This document shows, piece by piece, positions 39,356-47,656 of a DNA stretch of 58,704 nt (its first letter is position 1; the number at the start of each line of letters is the position of its first letter). The stretch comes from an uncultured Sangeribacter sp. (lineage in GTDB: Bacteria > Bacteroidota > Bacteroidia > Bacteroidales > Muribaculaceae). Location: the NCBI GenBank assembly GCA_964586465.1, contig CAZPHL010000002.1, positions 1-58,704 of the forward strand, written 5' to 3'. Position numbers and translations under genes: made by a program. The notes beneath the pieces were generated by a model, which saw only the letters and a list, made by a program, of their open reading frames with translations, had not been told where the DNA came from and searched no databases.

Positions 39356-41584
39356 ATGTGGAAAAAGTTCTTCTCACGCCATAATATGATCCGTTTGGGT
39401 CTGGCTCTGTCTTCGGTCATCGTTATTCTATGCATGTTGCCACGTGCCGACCATCAGAGTTTCTCTTTCGAACAGAACCAGCCTTGGAAATATCCTTTGC
39501 TGACAGCTGATTTCGACACACCTATCTTACGCGACTCGGCTTCGGCCCGAAGAATGCGCGACAGTATCGACAAAGTTTTCACGCCATTCGTAAAACGTAT
39601 CCCCGATATTGAGAAAACGAATATAGAGCGTTTCAGTCAGCTCATAAATGACCACACCTCCACTACTGAGAAGAATCTGCTCATCATGCTCATGAAACAG
39701 GTTTATTCCGATGGTGTGCTCGATTCAAGACTATACGAAAAAATCAACCGCATGCACAACAAGGAACTGCGCCTTGTTGATGAAAGCGACAAATCGGTAA
39801 AATCTGTGGCAGCAATCAATGCCTCCCACATGCTCTCTCCGGCCAGGGCGTTCAGATATATTGACTCCATATATAATTATGAGTATGAGGAATACTATGG
39901 CAAAATGGACCCGGAGATAAGCAAGGCTCTTAATATCAGCTTAGTTCCTAATATCGTGATTGACACCGCAACCGATTACAAATACCGTAGTCAGGAATAT
40001 CTGAATGTCACGGGAGCAATGGGTGTGATCAAGAAAGGTCAGCGCATCGTAGACCGTGGAGAGATCATCACTCCACAGATTTTCACCAATCTCAACACAT
40101 ATCTCGACATGATGGCAACCCGTCAGGCCGACAGTTACACCCACACTTATTTCACCATAGGCCAAGGTCTATATATTATCATCATCTATATTCTTCTCTA
40201 CTGTTTTCTGGCCTTCTACCGATCACGTTTCTATTCGGATATGCGCCAGATGACATTTCTTATAGTCTTCATCACCATATTCGTGATATTCGCCGTCTTG
40301 ATGTTTGAATATTTCGCCAACGGCATATATCTGGTGCCTTTTGCTGCAGTGCCGGTGATAATATTGGTGTTTTTCGATTCACGTACAGCGATTTTCTCAC
40401 TTTTAGTGACAGTGATGATAGCGGCCCTGGTTGCCACAGATCCATTTAACTTCATTTTTATGGAGTTGGTTGTGGGATTAGTCGCTACATTCAGTATCAG
40501 GCAGCTGAGTCGCAGGTCGCAACTGCTTCGTACAGCAGTTTTATCCCTTATTACATATTGTATCACCTTCGTAGCCTTATCGCTGTTGTCTTCAGGCGAC
40601 CTGTCGGGCTTCTCGTGGCGTATACTCGGCACATTCGCAATCAATTCGGTGGTGCTCTCTTTCGCTTATATCCTCATTTTAGTGATTGAAAAAATCTTCG
40701 GATTTACTTCTACCGTCACACTGGTAGAGTTGAGCGATATCAACAGCCCGCTTCTGAGAAAGCTGGCGGAAGAAGCGCCCGGCACTTTCCAACATTCCAC
40801 TCAGGTTTCGACTTTGGCTGCCGAAGCTGCCCGTGCTATCGGAGCAAATACTATGCTTGTCCGTACAGGCGCACTCTATCATGATATCGGTAAAATGAAG
40901 AGTCCTATATTCTTTACAGAGAATCAACATGGAGTGAATCCTCACGCAGGACTTGACCCGGAGACCAGTGCACACAAAATCATATCTCACGTCACCGACG
41001 GGCTTGCTATGGCTTCCAAGGAAAAATTGCCTTCGAGAGTAAAGGATTTTATTTCAGAGCATCACGGCAAAGGATTAGCCAAATATTTCTATAATACTGC
41101 GGTAAACGAGAACCCGGATATAGTGATTGACAAAACCAAATTTCAGTATCCGGGTCCTAATCCACAGTCAAAAGAGACTGCGATACTGATGATGGCCGAT
41201 TCTATAGAGGCTGCATCACGAAGTCTCAAGGAGTACACCCCCGAAGCTATCAATAATCTTGTAGATAAGATTATCGATACCCAGATTGCCGACGGCTTGC
41301 TAAAAGAGGCTCCTATCTCTTTCAAAGATGTGGAAATCATAAAGAATACATTCAAGAAACGTCTTTCGACTATCTATCATTCACGTGTGGCTTACCCTGA
41401 GATGAACAAATCTACTGCAACAGCAGCCGCAGCAGCTACGGCTGCTACGGTCTCTCCGGATACAAGCGGGAAAGATGTAGAGGCGGGCAACGAGAGCAAT
41501 AAGGAAGAGACGAAGTCTGACAAGGAGCCCGACATAAAACCGTCAACTGCACCGGAGACAGACGCTGAAAAAAAGAATGAATAA
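39356..41584 (+). CDS. 7TM-HD (HDIG) membrane phosphohydrolase, PgpH-like
   Basis: N-terminal TM, large extracytoplasmic domain, multi-TM block, APGTFQHS, YHDIGK, FFTENQ, EHHG, YPGPNP, MADSIEAASRS. Confidence 0.9.
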   Translation: MWKKFFSRHNMIRLGLALSSVIVILCMLPRADHQSFSFEQNQPWKYPLLTADFDTPILRDSASARRMRDSIDKVFTPFVKRIPDIEKTNIERFSQLINDHTSTTEKNLLIMLMKQVYSDGVLDSRLYEKINRMHNKELRLVDESDKSVKSVAAINASHMLSPARAFRYIDSIYNYEYEEYYGKMDPEISKALNISLVPNIVIDTATDYKYRSQEYLNVTGAMGVIKKGQRIVDRGEIITPQIFTNLNTYLDMMATRQADSYTHTYFTIGQGLYIIIIYILLYCFLAFYRSRFYSDMRQMTFLIVFITIFVIFAVLMFEYFANGIYLVPFAAVPVIILVFFDSRTAIFSLLVTVMIAALVATDPFNFIFMELVVGLVATFSIRQLSRRSQLLRTAVLSLITYCITFVALSLLSSGDLSGFSWRILGTFAINSVVLSFAYILILVIEKIFGFTSTVTLVELSDINSPLLRKLAEEAPGTFQHSTQVSTLAAEAARAIGANTMLVRTGALYHDIGKMKSPIFFTENQHGVNPHAGLDPETSAHKIISHVTDGLAMASKEKLPSRVKDFISEHHGKGLAKYFYNTAVNENPDIVIDKTKFQYPGPNPQSKETAILMMADSIEAASRSLKEYTPEAINNLVDKIIDTQIADGLLKEAPISFKDVEIIKNTFKKRLSTIYHSRVAYPEMNKSTATAAAAATAATVSPDTSGKDVEAGNESNKEETKSDKEPDIKPSTAPETDAEKKNE

Positions 41585-41671
41585 ATACTTTTTCAGTTTC
41601 AGACGTTTTAATTATAGCATAGTTTACCTCTCTGCCCCACCCATCGCTTAAGAAAGACGGAAATTAAACCT

Positions 41672-42229
41672 ATGGCAACATTTCTAATCATATTATCGTG
41701 TCTGCTATTCGCAACGGCATTAGGATTAGTGAGCGTGAGAATCACACTCGCCCCGGCATGTTCTTATCTGGGTTTGCTTACGTTGAGTTTCGCAACCACT
41801 CCGGAGGGCTATCCGGTGGTCCCCATCAATTCCACCATTCTCTTCGGATGGCTCTGCATGACAATTATCGTGATGGTGGCAACGATAATGCAGCCCCCAC
41901 CACTGCGACGTTCTAAAAAGGGCACAGGCTATATTCTGCTCGGTGCAATCACGGGTTTGGCCGTAGGATTGTTAGGCTTCAGCTTCGCTTCTACATTGAG
42001 TCTGGTGTACGGCACAATGATTGTGGCCACGGCTGCAGGTTGTTTTTTCGGATTTCTCCTCTATACCAACACCCCCGAAGGACAACCCATGGCAATCCGA
42101 TCGGGAAATTTCTACAACTGTTTCGTCAGGTATTTTCTCGCCAAAGCCTTTCCTATCGCTATAACAGTGATGCAGATGGGAGTCGTGGCTGTGCTGCTTA
42201 TAGCGGTCTACCAAAACACTCACTCTTGA
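41672..42229 (+). CDS. Integral membrane protein (possibly DUF456-like)
   Basis: About five hydrophobic segments and a Gly-rich GAITGLAVGLLG helix. Confidence 0.55.
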   Translation: MATFLIILSCLLFATALGLVSVRITLAPACSYLGLLTLSFATTPEGYPVVPINSTILFGWLCMTIIVMVATIMQPPPLRRSKKGTGYILLGAITGLAVGLLGFSFASTLSLVYGTMIVATAAGCFFGFLLYTNTPEGQPMAIRSGNFYNCFVRYFLAKAFPIAITVMQMGVVAVLLIAVYQNTHS

Positions 42230-42261
42230 TAATGGCGAGAGTCCTTTAATTGAATTTTAAG

Positions 42262-43107
42262 ATGCTTAAGATATTATCCTTAATAAAACGCTCACTTCCT
42301 CTTGTAGTCGCGGCCATGGTGGCTGTGCCATCCGTGTTTACGCAGGCTCAAACTACCGTGCCCACAGAGACTTCCGCAAGTAAACGGAAAATAAAAGTGG
42401 AGAAACCGGATCTTGAGAAAATAAAGAAAGAGACACTTGATCCGACAAGTCCTTTCTATTTCCCGAAATTGATGGCGAAGTATACGCGCAACGACACAAC
42501 GATGACCAATGAGGAATATCGTAATTTCTATCTGGGCTACATGTTTCAGGAAGATTATGACCCTTATCGTGTCTCCCCCTATTCCGGAGTGACAGACGAT
42601 ATGCGTCTTAAGGCTTCCCACACAAAGGAGGAAATCGACACCATACGTAAATATGCGGAGTTGAGTCTCAGAGACAATCCTTTCGATCTGCGTCAGATGT
42701 CATTTCTCGTGCATGTGCTTAAAGAGAAAAGGAAAGATATGAGCGCCAAGATTTGGGAGTATCGTCTTGAGCATCTCCTTGGAGCTATCAAGAGCACCGG
42801 CACAGGTGAAGACATCGAGAATGCCTGGTATGTGATTTATCCCATGCACGAGTATGACATGGTGCAGCTGCTCGGCTACGAGGCTGTAGATGCGCAGTTT
42901 ATAGATCCCGGATATGATTATCTTCTTGTAAATCCCGAGCCGGAAACAAAGAAAAGACTACGCGATAAAGTGGCCCAAGGTTTCTATTTCAATGTGGAGG
43001 TGCCTCAGGCCCAATATGAGCTCAAGCATCCGGAAAATCCCAATGAGTTGCCCGCTCAAGAAGAGGAGGAATACGAAGAACCGGACGATGTGCCCGCTCA
43101 GGAATAG
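42262..43107 (+). CDS. Exported protein, DUF4919-like
   Basis: Signal peptide; YFPKLM, YLGYMFQEDYDPY, PFDLR, IKSTGTG...AWYVI...HEY. ATG at 42262 preferred over TTG at 42250. Confidence 0.7.
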   Translation: MLKILSLIKRSLPLVVAAMVAVPSVFTQAQTTVPTETSASKRKIKVEKPDLEKIKKETLDPTSPFYFPKLMAKYTRNDTTMTNEEYRNFYLGYMFQEDYDPYRVSPYSGVTDDMRLKASHTKEEIDTIRKYAELSLRDNPFDLRQMSFLVHVLKEKRKDMSAKIWEYRLEHLLGAIKSTGTGEDIENAWYVIYPMHEYDMVQLLGYEAVDAQFIDPGYDYLLVNPEPETKKRLRDKVAQGFYFNVEVPQAQYELKHPENPNELPAQEEEEYEEPDDVPAQE

Positions 43108-43183
43108 TGATGGATTTGGCACGATATTTGCAGAGATAAATAATTGATTATACTAATAAACATTCAACAAAAAAAGAATTAAT

Positions 43184-43753
43184 ATGTCAGAAGAAATGCG
43201 TGAAGTGGCAGGCCCCGGTAAATTTGTGGCCTTCTCATATAAACTCTATGATGATGCCGATGGTAAACTTCTTTTTGAAGCTACTCCTGAGCAACCCGAT
43301 GTAATGGTTTATGGTGTAAGCCATGAGATCGTGCCCGGCCTCGTTGAAGTGATCAAAGGTCTTGGCAAAGGTGATAAATTTGAAATCACCCTGCCTCCTG
43401 TAGCGGCTTTCGGCGATCGTAGCGCCGACTATGAACTCGTGCTTGACAAAGAGATTTTCATGCGCGACGGCAAACTTGCTGAAGAAGTCAAGGTAGGCGC
43501 CTTCCTTCCTATGATGACGGCAGAAGGTTACCGTGTTCAAGGTCTTGTAACTGAAGTAGGTGACAAGATCAAAATGGACTTCAATCATCCCTACGCCGGT
43601 AAGACAGTGCGTTATGAGGGCGTAGTGGAAGAAGTGCGTGACGCTACTCCGGAAGAGCTCAAGCCACAGGGCGGTTGTTGCGGCGGCTGCGGCGGTGGAA
43701 GCTGCAGCGACGGTGATTGTGGAGACTGTGGTGACGGATGCGGTTGCCACTGA
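43184..43753 (+). CDS. slyD: FKBP-type peptidyl-prolyl isomerase, SlyD-like, with Cys/Gly-rich tail
   Basis: AFG, MDFNHPYAGKTV, VRDATPEEL, tail GGCCGGCGGGSCSDGDCGDCGDGCGCH. Confidence 0.85.
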   Translation: MSEEMREVAGPGKFVAFSYKLYDDADGKLLFEATPEQPDVMVYGVSHEIVPGLVEVIKGLGKGDKFEITLPPVAAFGDRSADYELVLDKEIFMRDGKLAEEVKVGAFLPMMTAEGYRVQGLVTEVGDKIKMDFNHPYAGKTVRYEGVVEEVRDATPEELKPQGGCCGGCGGGSCSDGDCGDCGDGCGCH

Positions 43754-43773
43754 AAATAAAGCAGTAAGATAAT

Positions 43774-43821
43774 AAAACCGACAGATTATGCTGATTGATA
43801 GGCATAGTCTGTCGGTTTTTT
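43774..43821. terminator. Bidirectional terminator between slyD and the radical SAM gene
   Basis: AAAACCGACAGATTATGCT / GGCATAGTCTGTCGGTTTT inverted repeat. Confidence 0.85.
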
Positions 43822-43837
43822 CTGCTGTATCCTTATA

Positions 43838-44902
43838 TTATTGTTTTTTCAAATGACAGTGCATCAGTTTTCCTTCCGAATCTCTGAGATGCATACCGTT
43901 ACCCTCGCAGTATCTCCAGAAAGAACAGTCGGCACATATCCCGGTCTTCATCCATTTCCGGTTGCGGTAAACTTCGAATCTGTTCTGCCACACATCCCAG
44001 AAGTCATCCTGATATATATTTCCTTGCCGATAGTCAGCCCGGATACTCGCACAGGCTCCGATACCTCCGTCAAGCAATATGGAGGCGACAGTCACACCGG
44101 CTGTGCAATCAAAGAAATGGTCTCTGATTTTCCCTTCGTATGCACCCATAAAACCTTCACAACAGAATGAAGCACGTATGCAGCCTTCATTACGGGTATC
44201 TACGATAAAACGCATCAATTCCTCTGTTTCTTCCTTCGTAAGGTCAAATTCCGGATACTGAGCAGCCCGTCCTGAGGGGAAAATTGTAAATAATCTCCAT
44301 TTTTTAACCCCGGCCTCTATCAACAACTTCTTCAGTTGATTTAATTCGGGAAGCGAACGACGGTTGACGCACGTTACCACATCAAAATTAACATCCGGCA
44401 CCGCGGCCACCATTTTTATAGCGTTATACGCCTTTTGAAATGACTGACTGTGTCCTCGCATCCAATTATGATTTCCCTCGAGCCCATCAAGACTTATGGC
44501 CATATTATGGATACCTGCCCTACGGAGACTGTCGAGCCTCTCCTTCGTCAGCAACAGGCCGTTAGTGACAATACCCCAGGGCAGCTCACGGTTATAAAGC
44601 TCCCGGCCTACATACTCCAAGTCTTTTCTCACTAACGGCTCACCCCCTGTTATAACTATATTCAGCACATGAGGATTAACGTGAGGTAGAATGGAATCCA
44701 CCACTTTAAGGAAATCCTCGGCAGGCATGTCGGGAAGCACTGACGAACTCTTACAGTCGCTTCCACAATGTCGGCAAGCGAGATTGCACCGCCATGTACA
44801 TTCCCAGAAAAGTTGCCGGAGAGGATGTTCTCTCCGGCGATCGTTTTTGAGCTTGCGGTTGAGTTCAAGGGCAAGTCGCTGTCTTAAAGATATTTTGTCC
44901 AT
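43838..44902 (-). CDS. Radical SAM/SPASM enzyme of the rSAM/lipoprotein system (TIGR04133-like, splicease-like)
   Basis: FWECTWRCNLACRHCGSDC (CxxxCxxC), TGGEP, SLDG; SPASM CTAG...GAC...CADC..WRYCEG...C; coupled by a TGATG overlap to the upstream lipoprotein. Confidence 0.88.
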   Translation of the reverse strand: MDKISLRQRLALELNRKLKNDRRREHPLRQLFWECTWRCNLACRHCGSDCKSSSVLPDMPAEDFLKVVDSILPHVNPHVLNIVITGGEPLVRKDLEYVGRELYNRELPWGIVTNGLLLTKERLDSLRRAGIHNMAISLDGLEGNHNWMRGHSQSFQKAYNAIKMVAAVPDVNFDVVTCVNRRSLPELNQLKKLLIEAGVKKWRLFTIFPSGRAAQYPEFDLTKEETEELMRFIVDTRNEGCIRASFCCEGFMGAYEGKIRDHFFDCTAGVTVASILLDGGIGACASIRADYRQGNIYQDDFWDVWQNRFEVYRNRKWMKTGICADCSFWRYCEGNGMHLRDSEGKLMHCHLKKQ

Positions 44903-45363
44903 CAGTCTTTATTATCTGCCGGTTTTAACACGAAATCAACCGTAGCCTCGGCTGTCCCTACGTACCAAAAGTTGTCATGGTGAGTCTTATCCTTTACGTA
45001 ATTCAACTCCACTACTGTGGAGTCGGCGCTCAGCTCAGGATCATCAGGAATACATACGATTTTCAGAGTGGTGATGACAACCTTTCCATCCTCTTCTACA
45101 ATATAGGCTCCGGCGGCGTCTGTTTCAGTGGCAGCTATCGGATAGAGACTTGAATCGTAGTCGGGCCACGCTGCTATTATACTTGCTCCGCTCACTGCCT
45201 TACCCGCCTCATCAGTGACAGTCCCCTTGATTTCCCAATCCCCTGTAGGCGTACCATACATCGTCAAGAGTTCATCAGGATGATCGGAAGAACAACCGAA
45301 TCCTAAAATACCCATACATAAGGCACACAAACGCGAGATGGCAGCAGTTATGTTAATTCTCAT
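44902..45363 (-). CDS. Radical SAM-associated lipoprotein (TIGR04134-like) with MYGTP motif
   Basis: Lipobox LGFGC, then MYGTP and an IKGTVTD...TDAAGAY beta-sandwich. ATG at 45363 preferred over TTG at 45390. Confidence 0.82.
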   Translation of the reverse strand: MRINITAAISRLCALCMGILGFGCSSDHPDELLTMYGTPTGDWEIKGTVTDEAGKAVSGASIIAAWPDYDSSLYPIAATETDAAGAYIVEEDGKVVITTLKIVCIPDDPELSADSTVVELNYVKDKTHHDNFWYVGTAEATVDFVLKPADNKD

Positions 45364-45375
45364 AAACAGATTATT

Positions 45376-45421
45376 AATTATTATCCTCAACCTTGATCAA
45401 TTATTATCCTCAGCCTTGACC
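45376..45421. repeat. 23-bp tandem duplication
   Basis: AATTATTATCCTCAACCTTGATC (45376-45398) and AATTATTATCCTCAGCCTTGACC (45399-45421), 21 of 23 identical. Confidence 0.85.
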
Positions 45422-45672
45422 ATCAGCGAATCGGGCTCTAAAGAAGGATCGTCAGCTGCCATACTTTTAATTTCATAAGTACTGCTGACAGTGCCATACA
45501 TTAACACTATTCGGTCATCATCGGGATTATCCGGGTTATCAGGCTCATCGGGCTCAGTGGAACAGCCGTAGCCCAATAATGACATCATAGCAACACATAA
45601 GTATGAAAGAAGCGATGACAACGATAACTTCCGTTTGGTTCCGTTTCCGGTCTTCATATAAATTTTGCCCAT
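45397..45672 (-). CDS. Short lipoprotein/lipopeptide precursor with MYGT motif
   Basis: Lipobox LGYGC, PDE-PDN-PDN-PDD spacer, LMYGTV...YEIK paralleling TMYGTP...WEIK of the neighbouring gene. Confidence 0.75.
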   Translation of the reverse strand: MGKIYMKTGNGTKRKLSLSSLLSYLCVAMMSLLGYGCSTEPDEPDNPDNPDDDRIVLMYGTVSSTYEIKSMAADDPSLEPDSLMVKAEDNN

Positions 45673-45741
45673 ACTACTTGGTATATTAATTTTAAGCTTA
45701 ACTGATTAATCTGATGCAAATATAATCAATTCTTATCTTAT

Positions 45742-45770
45742 AGATATTCAATATCTGAAAATACTGCATG
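45742..45770 (-). promoter_or_regulatory. Putative ECF promoter of the lipoprotein-lipoprotein-rSAM operon
   Basis: CATGCAGTATTT-N12-TATCT, same motif and spacing as upstream of the sigma fusion. A TATATTTG primary-sigma element is also present at 45724-45717. Confidence 0.75.
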
Positions 45771-45819
45771 AGGTCATAAAAAAACTTACATCCCTGAACC
45801 AACAATGATACCATTTGTC

Positions 45820-47499
45820 TTAGAAGTTGAAGCGGAAACCTATGGGAAGAGAGAAACCCCATTGATTGTCACTCCATGCATTCGGCACTGTGTAATCATG
45901 TTTGAAATGATACTGCAACGTCGGCTCCAAAAAGATATCAATCCTATTGCTGAGTTTAATCCCTATACCATATCCTACAAACATTGACCAGACAACCGGT
46001 GAATTAAATCTGCCACCTTCTAAATAAGAAGCGTATGGCGAATCGCTCACAACGGCTTTTGAATATAAAGGAATGTCAATCGAGCCTCCTACACAGGCAT
46101 ACAGTTTTACCCTTTGGTAAGAGAAGGATCGGATATTTATTTTAACCGGTATACCGAGATAATGCCAATAACAGTCACTCTTGGAAGAATAGGTCTCAAA
46201 AGTGGAATGTAAATAAGTGTAAGTCAATCCGGATTCCACACTAAAAGTCTTATTCAACGTTTTCGATACAGAAGCAGAAAACGACACAGGTAAAGAATTA
46301 GTATGGGGTACAGAAGCATAATTCGAATACACGCTGTTTCGTGAGCGAGCGGAAGGTATTGATGATTTCTTATCTTTATCTATCCCATCAGTATCCGGAT
46401 TTGTAGGCTTATTAGGTTTATCACACGGGCCGTTAAAATCGACAGAAGGAGGAGTTTCAGGATTAGCACCATACATTAAATCATCCTTTGAGCCATTCCC
46501 TAACTTAAGGAAACCCGGATCAGCACTCAATCTTAATGACCATAAACTTGAAGAGACTTTAACTTCATTAATTTCCGGCATTGACTCCACATTATCGCTA
46601 TAGGCATAAAGAGGCGGCTCGGTCACACCAACTTCTACTTGATCTGACTCTTTAACCTCTTTAAGACTGTTTTCATGGTTGTCAGGAGTTGAGACAGAAG
46701 TCTCTGAAACTTCCGTCACATTATCAGGATCGGTATTTCCTGAACCTTTAGATACTTTACCCGTACCAGAAGATTCTTTATCTGTATTACCCACTTCACT
46801 CTTTTTAATACCTTCTGCTATAACAATCGGTGCAGCTTGCGTCAGTGAGATGCTCTTTCGTTCAACGGTCAGAAGTTCCGCAGAAGGATTATTGCTTTGG
46901 ATATTACGCCATATCACCAAACCTCCAATAATTCCTAACAGTAGTATACTCCAGACTCCGGTCTGCTTTTTATATTCAGTTATGAGTTTCCTCATCATCA
47001 GTTTGGCATGAAATAACTGTGAAGAGGATGAATTAGGAGCTATACCCAGTAGTTTGGCTATCTCCTTATGCGATTTATTCTCTAAGACAGCAAGACGGAA
47101 AACCTTCTGATAGCCTGCCGGAAGACGTGTGATCAAAGTTTCAAGTGTCTCCAGATCAATTATATCCTCAATCTGTGGGGTGTCCTCGACATCGGGAATA
47201 TCATGAAGTATCTGGGTGACATCCTGAGCCTGCAGGAAGTGCAACGACAGATTCTTCATGATGGAGGCAAGCCAATAGTCAACTTTTCCGGCATCGCGTA
47301 AAGAAGACAGTCGTGTGAAGGCTACGATAAACCCGTCATGCAGAATGTCTTCCGCATCTTTTTGATCATTTACATAACGGCGTATCACACTGAGCATACG
47401 GGGTGCAAAACGGAGATAAAAAAGATTTAAGGCTTCCTTATCTCCCTTTCTGCACTCCTCAACCAAAGTGTGATTATCTATTTCTAACTGTGAGTTCAC
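45820..47499 (-). CDS. ECF sigma factor fused to a TM helix, long linker and C-terminal outer-membrane beta-barrel
   Basis: aa 1-178 sigma (DAEDILHDGFI; LPAGYQKVFRL...SHKEIAKLLGIAPNSSSSQL); TM aa 181-197; S/T/E/K-rich linker; barrel strands VESGLTYTYL, HYLGIPVKI, IFLEPTLQYHF; terminal IGFRFNF. One uninterrupted ORF with a GTG start. Confidence 0.85.
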   Translation of the reverse strand: MNSQLEIDNHTLVEECRKGDKEALNLFYLRFAPRMLSVIRRYVNDQKDAEDILHDGFIVAFTRLSSLRDAGKVDYWLASIMKNLSLHFLQAQDVTQILHDIPDVEDTPQIEDIIDLETLETLITRLPAGYQKVFRLAVLENKSHKEIAKLLGIAPNSSSSQLFHAKLMMRKLITEYKKQTGVWSILLLGIIGGLVIWRNIQSNNPSAELLTVERKSISLTQAAPIVIAEGIKKSEVGNTDKESSGTGKVSKGSGNTDPDNVTEVSETSVSTPDNHENSLKEVKESDQVEVGVTEPPLYAYSDNVESMPEINEVKVSSSLWSLRLSADPGFLKLGNGSKDDLMYGANPETPPSVDFNGPCDKPNKPTNPDTDGIDKDKKSSIPSARSRNSVYSNYASVPHTNSLPVSFSASVSKTLNKTFSVESGLTYTYLHSTFETYSSKSDCYWHYLGIPVKINIRSFSYQRVKLYACVGGSIDIPLYSKAVVSDSPYASYLEGGRFNSPVVWSMFVGYGIGIKLSNRIDIFLEPTLQYHFKHDYTVPNAWSDNQWGFSLPIGFRFNF

Positions 47500-47506
47500 T
47501 ATTTAA

Positions 47507-47535
47507 AGATAGGCCTCAACCCCAAATACTGCATG
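47507..47535 (-). promoter_or_regulatory. Putative autoregulatory ECF promoter, probably giving a leaderless mRNA
   Basis: CATGCAGTATTT-N12-TATCT ending 7 nt before the GTG start codon. Confidence 0.75.
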
Positions 47536-47577
47536 GCCTGTTGAAAAAAAACATCATGACAGTATAAAAATCGAGAT

Positions 47578-47629
47578 AAAAAATGAAGTTGCAATATGCA
47601 AGGACATTCCCATAACATAATGCAACTCC
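47578..47629 (-). terminator. Probable terminator after mltD
   Basis: Minus strand GGAGTTGCA...TGCAACTTC followed by ATTTTTT. Confidence 0.55.
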
Positions 47630-47656
47630 AATGTTCTGCAAAAAAAGCTCTGAATT

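Noticed and set aside
43670-43753. Cys-rich SlyD tail as a substrate of the neighbouring radical SAM enzyme
   Set aside because: Such tails are the usual SlyD metal-binding region; the gene is convergent and separated by a terminator, and better MYG substrates lie in the rSAM operon.
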